From NCBI RefSeq assembly GCF_004010195.1, contig NC_057752.1, forward strand, positions 2,820,683 to 2,852,783: 32,101 nt of DNA. Direction: 5' to 3'. The position numbers were made by a program, and so were the translations under genes. Source of the DNA: Chiloscyllium plagiosum. Taxonomy: Eukaryota. Below the pieces are notes generated by a model. That model was not told the DNA's origin and did no database searches. It saw only the letters and a list, made by a program, of their open reading frames with translations. This document shows positions 21,203 through 32,101 of the stretch, piece by piece (position 1 is the stretch's first letter; each line of letters opens with the position of its first letter).

Positions 21203-22376
21203 CTAAACACATTGGATAACAAACACCATGAGGAGACAACACAACCTGGTCCAGAAATAGAAACTTGATGATGGAATCTCCCACTCTTCAGCAATGTCCA
21301 CTGTTCACTTCCCACCATGGCTTTTCGCTTGTTGCAGTAACTCCCCCTTCTTGCTGATCGATATTTTAAACTTTCACACAATTTCAGCCTCAGTTGTAGG
21401 TTTGGACATTTTTTTCTGCCCACGTTTTTCTTTTTGACATTCTTTAACCCTGTACCTGTAACTTTGCTGTCAAGTACGTAGTTCAGAATATTGTTAAGTT
21501 GATGTAAGAAGTCTTAACTGTGCTCCTCAGTCCAGCTTACTGGGTGTAAACAAACCCTTTGTGTCCTTTCCCTTCAGGGATTAAATGTGCTTTGGATGTC
21601 TGATAATCAGCTGCTTCTCATGGGTATTCGATTCAGATTTCCCCCCTTAGCTGACGGGTTTTTACTGCTCTTACTGCTTTTTTAAAAGATTTTTTCCCAA
21701 GTACTGTACTGGCTATGAAAGGTTTTTTTGTTGTGACTTACAGTGATGGTTATTCTGGACAAGGTTTCTGTTCAGAGATGTTTACTTCACAGTAGGAGTT
21801 CAGCCCTATGACCTTATGGTTGTTAGCTGCTGTTAAGGCTGTACCGATCATTTTTTTTTAAAAGGTTACTTTTTAAAGTCCTTCTCTTCTCCACGAGATG
21901 TCAGGTCTGTTTCCTGTCTTCACTGCTGCCGTGATTTTTTTTCAGCAGTGAGTCCCCTTGGTTGCCACCACCGTTTATGGTATGATTTGATGCTACACTA
22001 TGAGCATCAGATCAAGACAGACTGGTCAAAGAGAAGGCAAACTGATGAGCTATCCTCAGGCCTAGACTTCAAAGTAGCACTATTTATTATGTGATAATAT
22101 TAAATCCTGCTATACACGGTAATCAAAGATATACCAGGCTCTGACTTACAGCCACGGTAGGTAAGGATTAGTCCATCTACTTCATGTCCATGGGTCTTCC
22201 AGTCTGTTCAAACGCCACCCATTTATACTCGGTGATGTGCAGCTCTGTGATATCATTGCAAAATTGCTCCAGGGTCTTGAAGCCCTTAAACGTACTTTGT
22301 TTCTGAGTCCAATACTGTGTTATATTTCGAGTGTCTAAAGGTTTCTTTGCCAAGCTGGCTTTAAGAGACAGATTGT

Positions 22377-22698
22377 GGGCGGCACGGTGGCACAGTGGTT
22401 AGCACTGCTGCCTCGCAGCGCCAGAGACCCGGGTTCAATTCCCGACTCAGGCGACTGACTGTGTGGAGTTTGCACGTTCTCCCCGTGTCTGCGTGGGTTT
22501 CCTCCGGGTTCTCCGGTTTCCTCCCACAGTCACAAAGATGTGCAGGTTAGGTGAATTGGTCATACTAAATTGCCCGTAGTGTTAGGTAAGGGGTAAATGT
22601 AGGGGTATGGGTGGGTTTCGCTTCGGCGGGTCGGTGTGGACTTGTTGGGCCGAAAGGCCTGTTTCCACACTGTAATCTAATCTAATCTAATCTAATCT
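22377..22698 (+). mobile_element. HE1/V-SINE-type SINE, young full-length copy
   Basis: A box TGGCACAGTGG, B box GGTTCAATTCC, V-domain-like ctgtgtggagtttgcacgttctccccgtgtctgcgtgggtttcctcc, tail ctgtttccacactg(taatc)n; CpGs retained. Confidence 0.92.
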
Positions 22699-23171
22699 GG
22701 ACTTGTTTTCCTCCATTTAGTTCCTTGCTTAAGATTGATTAAGATCTTTGGATCCAGGCAAATCCCTGGCCATCCATTTGTCTTCTCTCTCACCACAATG
22801 GAACTGAGCCAACCTGTAGGCTCTGGTGATCATCTTCTTATCTTCCATCTCTTGAGCTCTCTTTCAGGCATTTCTTCTGGTTTGATTAGTGTGTTATGTG
22901 GAAGGGGACTCACTGGTCCATCACTGGGTCAACAGTATATTCAAAATCCTCAAAGCCTCCAACTGACTGATCAAAACACTCTGGGTGGGAGGATCCAAGA
23001 TGGCGGTGATCTGAGAAGATCGTACTGCAGAGCTTCGCATCACAGCACAGGCAGAACGGTCCTTTAACCTGCCCAACCCAGGCCATCGAGATATCTTGGG
23101 ACTCCGGAAAGATCGTGGAGTTCCAAGAAACTTCTAAAGATTAACTTACCTGTGTTTCCAGCCATCCAGAG

Positions 23172-23974
23172 ATGCTGAGAAAGGGAGGAGGAGCATCCGA
23201 GGCTGGGCCTGCAGTTCAGCCTGCAACAGCCTCAGAGCCAATTACTCTCCAGGCCCTGGTGAAATCTCGCAAGATGCAGGGGAAAGAGATTGAAGAGAAG
23301 CTGGCTCCAATCTCTCTCATGCTGCAGAAGCATGAGCAGCAGCTGGGAGACCTGGAGAAGAGGACGGATGAGGTGGAGCACAGGGTCACAGTGGTGGAAG
23401 CTGATGCCAGTTCATCCAAGGAGGAGATCCAAGCCCTGGAGACGCAGGTCTGTAATTTGTGCGACCAAGTGGATGATCTTGAGAACAGGGGCAGGAGAAA
23501 AACCATTCAGATCATCGGTCTGCCTGAGGGTAAGGTAGGTGAGCGGCCTGCAGAATTTGTTGAAGACTGGCTTCCGAAATTCCTTGACTTGGGGCTGGCA
23601 TGAGAGGCTTGAAGATAGAGAGGGCTCACCTGGCTGCAGCACGGAGATCGGGTCTGGGTCAATGTCCTCGTCCTCTCCTGGTGCGGTTCCATCATTACTG
23701 GGATAAGGAGAGAGTCATGGAGGCTTCCAGAGTCCAGAGGAAGGGTCCGAAGGCCCTAATTTACGAGGGCTCTAAGATCAAGTTCTTTCAGGCCTTCTCA
23801 GTGGCAGTGATCCAGAAAAGAAAATCCTATGACGGTGTCAAGAGAAGACTGAGGGAGCTTGGGATTCAGACCTCTCGGAGGTATCCAGTGGTGCTTCGGA
23901 ACACCTTAGATGGATCCATGCCTTCTCTGACGTGTCAAAGAGATGTAAGAGACTTTGTGAACAAATTAACCTAA
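23172..23974 (+). pseudogene. L1 ORF1 (coiled coil + RRM/CTD, Transposase_22-like), frameshifted near 23600
   Basis: Coiled coil, then DDLENRGRRKTIQIIGLPEG and IERAH...PRPLLVRFHHY, split over ORFs 23172-23603 and 23600-23974. Confidence 0.9.
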
Positions 23975-24560
23975 TTTGAACAATTGCAGTATGTATAAAT
24001 AGTGTAGTTTGGGTATGTGTTTATTATTCTGTAAAAGAAACGGAGGAAGTCCGGTTGGAGCTTCATCTTTCTTTTTTTCCCTCTATTGATAATAATTTGG
24101 TTTAAACTATGTTTGGCGGCGGTTGAAATGTACGTTTTCTATTTATAAGTTAGGATATACCAAAAGATGGGTGGGGTATTTATTCCCCCTTTTCTGAAAA
24201 AAAATGTTTTTTATTCATATCGATATTCTATGGCGTGTTTATTTTTTTCTGCTTGTGTTTGCAGTGTGGCTCTAGCTGGGAGAAGTGAAGGTGGTTGGGA
24301 TGGTTAGACGCCTACTTAATGGGCAGTTTGGGATGGGTAGTTGCCCTTTCTGGGCAGGGGGTGAGCTCTCCTACTCAGCGCTGTTGGCACTTTATATGTT
24401 GGTTTTTTTTTGGTTTTTGTTGTTTTTAGTTTTCAATAGTTTTGTAGATTTGTTAAATGTAGTGGTTTTAGTTTATGTAGTTTTTATATTTGGTGGATCA
24501 TGTGACACTAAGGGTCAGCAGTTTGTGGTTCAGGGAATTTAACTGTTATTGCAGAAGATT

Positions 24561-27500
24561 ATGGCTAATGATTTGATTAAATGGTGTACCTGGAATATCA
24601 AGGGAAGTCATTCACCAATTAAGAGGAAGAGGGTACTCTTGAATCTTAGAAAGGAGAAGGTGGATATTGTTTTGTTACAGGAGACACATTTGGATGACAA
24701 GAAGCATCTGAAATTACAGCAGAATGGCTTTGACTGAGTTTATTTTTCATCATTTAATACCAGAAGTAGGGGAGGGCTATATTGGTTAGAAAGAATCTCC
24801 CATTTAAGTTGTTGGAGTGTGTTAATGACACACACGGGAGGTTTGTAATTCTTAAAGCCTTGATAAATGGGGAAGAATATAGTGTTTTAAATGTTTATTG
24901 CCCTCCAGCTCATCTCTTTAAATGTTTGGGAGACGCTTTTTCTAAACTGATAGGTCTTGAGTCCCAGCATATCATTATAGGGGGAGATTTTAACTGTCTC
25001 ATGGATCCCACAGTAGACAGGTTGCCCAAAGGTCCCTTGATACCCTCTGTACAAACTAAACAGTTAGTGGGTCTGTGTGGGGAGAGTGAGGGTTGGTGGA
25101 CGTGTGGAGCTGTCTCCACCCTACAGGTAGGGATTTTACTCCAATCCGCACAGACATCACACTAGGATTGATTTTTTTTCTGACCCCTGCGGTAACCCTG
25201 GATTTGGTGGCATCTTGTACGATTGGTAATATTGCCATCTCTGATCATGCTCCAGGGTACCTTATGGTTAAGATTAAGGACATTACAGTGGGTTCGAGAT
25301 ACTGGTTCGAGGTCCTTTATCCTCAAGGATAATAAGTTTGTGGAGTATTTCTCTTGGGAATTTCGGGTGTTCCTAGACATTAACATAGGCTCAGTTGATA
25401 GCTCATCCGTTCTCTGGGAAACTGCCAAAGCTTATGCGAGGGGGTTAGTTACTTCATATTCCGCCAGTAGGAAGCAGCAGAAGGGTAAGCAGCAACGTCT
25501 CCTTGAAGCACGGTTGAAGGCGGCCGAGAAGGCCCACTTTGACAGACTCTCGTTGGTCAAACTACAGAGGATTATGGCGCTGCGGTCTGCATTAAATTCT
25601 GTGCTCACACAGACGGCAAAGCAAAGGTTATATGAACATGGTGACAAGCCAGGCAAATACTTAGCATATCTCGCCAGGAAAAGGAGCGTCCCTCAAGCCA
25701 TTACGGCGATTAGGGAAGAGTCTGGGAACCTAACATGCGATTCTAAAAAGATTAATGTGCCGTTCCAGAGATTTTACTCCAAGTTATACCAATCTGAGGA
25801 TTGCGAGGAGGGGCAGGCCAAAATGGAATCCTTTTTTAGGGATCTGAAGCTCCCGGTGTGATTCCTGAACAAGAGTCCTTTCTCAATGCCCTGTTATCAG
25901 AGCAAGAAGTGCAGAAAGCTGTGAGGCAGCTTCAGAGTGAAAAGGCGCCCGGTCCTGACGGACTTCCTAGTGAATTCTATAAGGAATTTATAAGTATACT
26001 GTCAGGCCCAATGCTGAATATATTTAATGATTCATACAGTCATGTTTGTCTCCCAGCATCTCTGAGAGAGGCCAATATTTTACTTATCTTTAAAAAAGGG
26101 AAGGACCTGTAAGACTATGCTTCATACAGGTCCATCACGCTCTTAAATGTGGCCTTTAAAATCCTCTCTAAGACTCTCACGTTAAGGCTGGAGACTGTGT
26201 TACCTCCTTTTATTAAAGAGGATCTGATGGGTTTCATAAAGGGTCGAAGACCATCCAATAACGTTAGGAGGCTGCTTAATGTAATTCAAGCATGCCAACA
26301 GCAGTCAATACAGGGATTGGTGATTTCCCTTGATGCAGAAAAGGCATTTGACCGAGTTGAGCGGCCATATATTTTCTATACTCTGGAGGGGTTGGGTGAA
26401 TTTGGGCGAAATCTTCATAATATGGGTAAAGGTTCTCTACGATAGCCCTCTCGCAGCGGTCATCACCAATGGGGTATGATCAAGCAATTTTAATATTTCT
26501 AGGGGCAGCCGGCAGGGCTGTCCCCTTTCACCATTACTTTTTACGTTGGTGATTGAACCGTTGGCAGAGGCCATTTGTGGGGTTCCCAATATATCAGCTC
26601 CAGAAGTGGGGTCAAAATTACATCAGATTCCGTTGTATGCAGACAATGTTGTAATTCTTTTTGACAAATCCAGCAGTTTCAGTGCCTCGCCTGATACAGA
26701 GCATTCACGCGTTTGGCGCTTTTTCGGGGTACAAGACTAATTTTGTGAAATCCGCAGCTATGCCTATGGGTGGTCTTACAAAGGAGCTAGGTCTTGCGGG
26801 GTGACTATAGATTCCCATTTAGGTGGTCACAGGGGCATTGTGTGTATTTGGGCATATTCATCACTCCAGTTCTGGATCGGCTGTTCAAAGCCAATTTTAT
26901 CCGATTATTTGGAAAAATTAAACAAGATCTCCAAAGATGGGAGGCACTTCCAGTCTCGTGGTTTGGTCGGATAGCGCTTATTAAGATGAATATTCTCCCC
27001 TGTTCGCTATACCCTATATGGATGCTCCCTCTGATTTTCAATAAGCAAACACTCAGGAGGCTGAATGGCTGGTTCAGCTCCTTTATTTGGCATTGTAAGC
27101 GGCCTCTCATTAAATTAGCTAAACTACAAATGTCTCACAGATTGGGGAGAGTGGACCTTCCAAACATTAAAAATTACCAACTAAGCTCGCTTTTGACCTA
27201 CGTGAGTGTTTGGGTTTATGGGGATCCTTTTTCAATATGGCTAGATATCCCAGGCAAGGTGCCCCCTTACCAGTTTGCTGTTTTTGGACAAAATGAGGAC
27301 AATTAGAGAATATTGCCATAACCCAAGAGTCATCAATACTGTTAAAGCATGGAGGGCAATTTGGCAGAGGGAAGACAATATTGGCAAAACATCTTTGTTT
27401 ACGCCTTTAGTGGGTATGCCAGGTTTTCCACCAGGGATGATAGATTCAGGATTTAAATGTTGGGCAGCGAGGGGTGTGTCTTGCATGGGCGGTTTATTTG

Positions 27501-28319
27501 AGGGAGACGTAATGATGTCCTTCGATTAGTTAGTACAGAAATACGAGTTATACAATAGAGACCTCTTTCTTTTTTTCAAGTTAGGGATTTTATTAAAAAA
27601 AAACACACTTTTGACTGATCCCTACAAATCTGACATAGAGAGGGGGGTGCTAAGGGCTAAGAGTACACTCTCTGTCAGTACTTTATATCATCAGTTGGGG
27701 GGTGCCCCATCAGATGAGTTTGATTGACTCTGCAGGATTTGGGAGAGAGAGCTGGGTGTTGAAGTTTCCTCAGAGGCATGGGAGAATGCAAGGAAGATAT
27801 CGATTTGTAATAGGACCCATGCTTTACAGTTGAAGATTCTCCACCAGGATTCTCCACTTAGCCCCAGACCGTTTGTCAAAATTTAAACCAGGAGTATCTT
27901 CAGCATGTCCCAAGTGCAAGGTCTGTACGGGTACTCTTACCCATTGTCTTGCGATAGGCTTCAAACATATTGGAGCACTGTGGCAGGCACAATGGAGAGG
28001 ATTTTGGGTGTAGGGGTGGAGAAGGACCCTATCTCTCTCCTTTTGGGCCTGCCGACTGTATTTCCTGTAGACGTGCATAAGAAAAAACTTTTCAATATTC
28101 TTACATTCTGTGTAAGGAAGAATATCTTGCTAGGTTGGATATCTGAAAACCCCCCCAGGCCTGTCGGGTTGGCGGAAGATTGTTATGGAGCATATTCCCT
28201 TGGATTTTCTCACAAATATGGTACACCACAAAACTGAGAATTTTTACAAGCCATGGCAACCCTTTTTGGAATACCTGGACACAGATTTATCTGCCACACT
28301 AACAAGGGCTTTAAAATAG
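24561..28319 (+). pseudogene. L1 ORF2 (APE endonuclease, reverse transcriptase, CCHC), multiply disrupted
   Basis: WNIKG, LQETH, GGDFN, SDH (endonuclease); KAPGPDG, SLDAEKAFD, RQGCPLSP, LYADN (RT); CPKC...THC near 27905; ends WQPFLEYL...LK*. Many stops and frameshifts. Confidence 0.93.
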
Positions 28320-30437
28320 CTGTAATGATTGTGTTTTACGAGTCCAATATCCAGGGAGAAGGAACTGTGAACGTATGAGTGTTTTGTTTGGCTGGGCTGA
28401 GTTATTACTATTTATTAGTTTGTTGTTGGTTGTTTATTTATCTAGTTAAATAGCCAGTTTTGGGTTTTTTAAATTCTATATTTTTCTATATATGTTTATA
28501 CATTTGTACATGACGGTAGGTTGGGGATTATTTTAAAATTTATTTTTTATTTGGGTTGTTTTTTTGTACTGTTTTGAATTGTATTGTTTTGTACTTGTTG
28601 TAATATCAAAAAAAACTATTTTTTCAATAAAAATATATTTAAAAAAAAAACACTCTGGGGTCCATTTGTACCAGATCTCCCTGCCCTCAGACTGATGGTA
28701 GCTCTTCAGCGCTCAGTGCCACCTCCTGCTCCCTGTTGCTTGCTAAGATAATCTACGGCTCTCCACAACAGCTCTCACCCGGGATAGCAGGACACCTTGT
28801 TTCAGTATCCCTCTGATTTGGGCTGTTCACAGATAACAAATTGCTGTTCCCCTGTATGCTGTTAGCATGATAACCTTCATTAGCCCCTACTCATGGGGGA
28901 AGATCTTCCGTTATGGTCTGAGTGGGATGCTGCTCCTCTGCATTTCACCTTCAGATTTGTGAAATGGGCTTATTCCTGAGCCTTTCTCCGATTGCTGGAT
29001 TTTTATGACTTTCTTTCCTCTGGATGCTGTTGCATCCTCACATTTCATGCTGTTTTACGGCTTTTAGGGTTTATCGATTGTGTTTTCATTGTTGACACAC
29101 TCTTCCAGAGCTTTCCCACCAGTTGGCAATGCTCATTGCTGTTCTGCTGCTGGCTTTCTCTTGGCTGATCTGAAGGCCAGCAGTCTAGTAGCGTAGTCTC
29201 TTCACCAGTCTGTTCATTGCTTAGTGTCCTCTGTGTCTACAGCCTGAGAAATTGTGAGCTTGTCCTTTCCAATGACTGCTTTCTGTATTTCAGAGTGTGC
29301 AGTAGTTGATCAACTAGCCTTTTGACTCGGTCCTTAAAACTGCATTTACTGGCTGCATTTTTCAATCGTGTTGCAAAGTTGTCTATAGTTTCACCTATAT
29401 CCTGTCTAGAGTCTTGAAATTCATGCCAACATTCAATTTTGGTTGGAGATGGGTGCTGAATCTGTCATAATATCCACTTGGCTTTTTTGTGGCCTCTTCT
29501 GACAGTTCCAGGTTGTTAAATAAATGCAATCCTATATCCCCTGCCCATAGACAGGTAGAGCCATACTCACTTTTTACGATATGTCTTTGAGGTAACTAGT
29601 GAAAGCCAGCTTGCATTTTTACATAAATGGCTTGAATTGCTGTGCATTCAATGCTGTGCTGGAAGACATTTGCTTTTTTAGCCTTCGTCAAATTTACTCA
29701 GTCTACCTTCTGGCACTTATGTGGGTCATTTTTCTGAGAGATCAGCAGTAAATTCAATTTAAAGCGCTTTTGGTTGGTTACCAACATGTACTGTCACCAG
29801 GAAGTGTCAATGCAGCAAGCTTTGTTTTAACCAGCATCTTATGAACTGGTACTTTCAATAACCTGGCAAAAATTATATCCTTGAAATACTGGACATTTAC
29901 TGTAATCCTGCGATGTCTGAGTGGTCAGTTGAGGGTGTGAGTGAGAAGGCTCTCTGCCAGTATTAAGGCAAATTATTTGAGTGATTTATGCTGTAAATCA
30001 AGTATAATAGTGATGTAAAAACCTCCTGCATTACATTTCTATTCCTCATTGCGTATTTTTACATTGATTATATGGACCTCTTGATTATCCGGAATATCTG
30101 ATTAACCACACATTCCTGATCCCATAGGTGCCAGTCAATAAAACGTTTGCTATATATACGTTTTGTGATGTTTGGATAAGCGTGCTTTAAGTAAGGAGAA
30201 CTCTTATCTTGTTGAATCCTTCAGGCAGACTATCCAGGTGAAGGCTTCGTCAGGTCGACCCTACTGGTTCTCTCACAGTACAAGATTACCAGGTGCAGCT
30301 GTGAGAGTGTTCCCTACTGAATCACTTCCACTCATAGCTCCTAGCTCTGACATATAACAGACAGATATACAGCATGATAACCGCTCCCCTTTGCTAAGCG
30401 GTTGCATTGTCTCGAGCCAAAATTGAACAGCACTCAC

Positions 30438-30615
30438 CACATTGGCTGGTAGCTTGCATCCCGGGAGGTACTTCACGTTCTCATGCTCAGTGTTTATGAT
30501 TTCTGTTAACTTCCTGCCGTTTACCAGCTCTTCAAACACCCACATGTAAACAGTGCTGTCAAACATCTTACTTTCAGCCGCATTTTCTCCAATGATTTTT
30601 CCGATGACTGATCCC
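30438..30615 (-). CDS. gpd1: Glycerol-3-phosphate dehydrogenase [NAD+], cytosolic (GPD1/GPD1L family), coding exon 2
   Basis: Minus strand reads ctccacag|G GGA TCA GTC...AAT GTG|gtgagt. It is 178 nt and encodes [59 protein letters not shown], matching vertebrate GPD1 exon 2 in size and phase. The exact paralog is uncertain. Confidence 0.96.
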
Positions 30616-30930
30616 CTGTGGAGTTGAGGGAGGGGGCAGAAAGATGACATTGGTCGGAAAATAACTTGCACTTGATGAAGCGACGTGCATTGACACGGCG
30701 CCTTTCACAACTTTTGAGAGGGCACAAAGCTCTTTACAACAAAAGGATGTTTAAAGGGGACTCACTGCTGTAATTTTGGGTGCAGCAAGATACCATTGGC
30801 AATGAAATAAATAACCAGATCATCAATTTTTACTGGTGTTGATTGAAGTTCAGCATTAGTCAGGTCACCAGGAAGATGCTCCTGTTATTTAACTCATGCC
30901 ACAGGTCTTTCATGCCCACCTGCCTCAGCT

Positions 30931-31365
30931 TAGAGTCATTGAGATGTACAGCATGGAAACAGACCTTTCAGTCCAACTCGCCTATGCTGACCAGATATCC
31001 TAAATAAATCCAGTCCCATCTGCCAGCATTTGGCCCATATCCCTCCAAACCCTTCCTATTCATATACCCATCCAGATCCCTTTTAAATGTTGTCATTGTA
31101 CCAGCCTCCACCACTTCCTCTGGCAGCTCATTCCAGACACGCATCACCCTGTGTGTGAAAACGTTGCCCCTTAGGTCTCCTTTAAATCTTTCCCCTCTCA
31201 CCATAAACCTATGCTCTCTAGTTTTGGACTCCCTTACCACTGGAAAAAGATTTTGGCTATTCACCCCATCCATGCCCCTTATGATTTCATATGCTTCTAT
31301 AAGGTCACCCCTCAGCCTCCAATGTTCCAGGGAAAAATGTCCAGCCTGTCCAGTCTCTCCTCATA
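30931..31365 (-). mobile_element. CR1 (HER1-like) 3' end
   Basis: ORF 30968-31273 reads LFPVVRESKTREHRF...FTHRVMRVWNELPEEVVEAG. The tail ctgtttccatgctgtacatctcaatgactcta resembles the HE1-type SINE tail. Confidence 0.85.
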
Positions 31366-31369
31366 ATCA

Positions 31370-32101
31370 ACAACTGGTGCTGCACGGACATTGCAACCCT
31401 GGGCAGCCATTGCTCCCCAAACGTTGAACTCCCCATCATCAAATGTCGGCCCTTCTATCCACCACAGGAATTTCCCGCTGCTATAGTAACTGCTGTGTAC
31501 ATATCATCACAAGCAAAGGTTGAGGAAGCTCTGGATGTGCTGTACTCCACCACTAACACCCCGAGGCCCTGTTTATTGTAACTGGTGACTTCAATCTAAG
31601 GAAGGTGTTGCCCAAGTACCACCAGAACATTACCTGGCCCACCTGGAGCACAAACATTTTAGACCATTGCTACACGTACCGCTCCACCCCCCACCCTCCT
31701 TTCGGAAACTCCGACCACAATGCCGTATTTCTTCTCCCGGCTTACAGGCAAACGATTAAGCGAGATTCCCCTCGCGGATACAGGTCCAGTGCTGGTCGGC
31801 AGAGGGAGAGGATCAATTCCGGTTATGGCTGGAATCGGCTGATTGGGCCGTGTTCAAACAGGCCGCAGGTACCTTGGACGGGTACACCATCACTGTCACA
31901 GACTTTATCAGCAAGGTGTGTGGAGGACTGCATACCGAGGAAGTCAACCTGGGTGTTCCCCAACAGGAAACCCTGGATAAATCAGGACATACAGAACCTG
32001 CTGATAACCAGGCATGAGGCCTTCAGATCAGGAGACCCACTCAAATATAAGGAATCCAAGTATGACCTTCACAGAGCCATTAAGACAACCAAGGACCAAT
32101 A
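31370..32101 (+). mobile_element. Rex1/Babar-like LINE fragment (endonuclease C-terminus and linker); continues beyond the right edge
   Basis: Manual translation across frameshifts: KCRPFYPPQEF...TAVYI...IVTGDFN...ILDHCYT...FGNSDHNAVFLLPAY...DWAVFK...FPNRKPWIN. Confidence 0.75.

Larger units (their letters stand above)
22986..28650 (+). mobile_element. Full-length (5.7 kb) decayed L1-clade LINE in GPD1 intron 2, antisense to the host gene
   Basis: 5' end carries CAAGATGGCG (YY1-like). ORF1 and ORF2 present, AATAAA at 28626 and an A-tail at 28641-28650. TSD AAAACACTCTGGG at 22973-22985 and 28647-28659. Confidence 0.95.
21500..29800 (-). mobile_element. Ancient, heavily decayed Ty3/Gypsy remnant, split by the L1 and a SINE; boundaries approximate
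   Basis: Minus strand ~29550-29290 reads CLWAGDIGLHLFN...QPKLN..HEFQDSRQDIGETIDNFATRLKNAASKCSF...RLVDQL (gag). 22823-22740 reads EPTGWLSSIVVREKTNG..ICLDPK (RT start). VDGLIL at ~22170. PBS-like TGGTGACAG at 29799-29791. No LTRs recognised. Confidence 0.65.

Noticed and set aside
22377..22450. tRNA gene (A and B boxes); also at ~2960-3031 and ~13102-13170
   Set aside because: Each continues into a SINE body and LINE-like tail, with no proper acceptor stem or terminator. These are SINE heads.
24285..24542. Hydrophobic 85-aa ORF between L1 ORF1 and ORF2 (possible membrane protein)
   Set aside because: It has a non-ATG start, and the hydrophobicity follows from the T-rich low-complexity composition.
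30616..32101. GPD1 exon 1 (GxGxWG motif) or the N-terminal extension of ORF 30273-30671
   Set aside because: No KVCIVGSGNW-like sequence found. The ORF extension is intronic read-through past a clear acceptor, and the region is SINE/LINE-derived.

Overview
Eukaryotic, intron-containing, repeat-rich vertebrate DNA, most likely from a shark or ray, since the SINEs look like the elasmobranch HE1/V-SINE and DeuSINE types. One host gene is present, on the minus strand: exons 2-8 of a cytosolic NAD-dependent glycerol-3-phosphate dehydrogenase (GPD1/GPD1L family). The exons are at 30615-30438, 21202-21062, 20095-19957, 19062-18950, 16039-15806, 14704-14598 and 11369-11273 (stop). All junctions are GT-AG and the frame is intact; exon 1 lies beyond the window. 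Most of the rest is retroelements: (1) the 5' end and ORF1 of a CR1-type LINE; (2) a full two-LTR Ty3/Gypsy element with the unusual Gmr1-like gag-PR-IN-RT-RH order and a tandem array of tRNA-tail (primer-binding-site-like) units; (3) a full-length but decayed L1-clade LINE with a 13-bp TSD, nested in an older Gypsy remnant in intron 2; (4) a Penelope-like element with inverted pseudo-LTRs carrying hammerhead-ribozyme-like motifs; (5) a 210-bp palindromic mini-element; (6) a Rex1/Babar-like LINE fragment; and (7) many SINE and CR1 remnants. There are no prokaryotic features, CRISPR arrays, rRNA or genuine tRNA genes. Family names come from motif recognition by eye, not from database searches.
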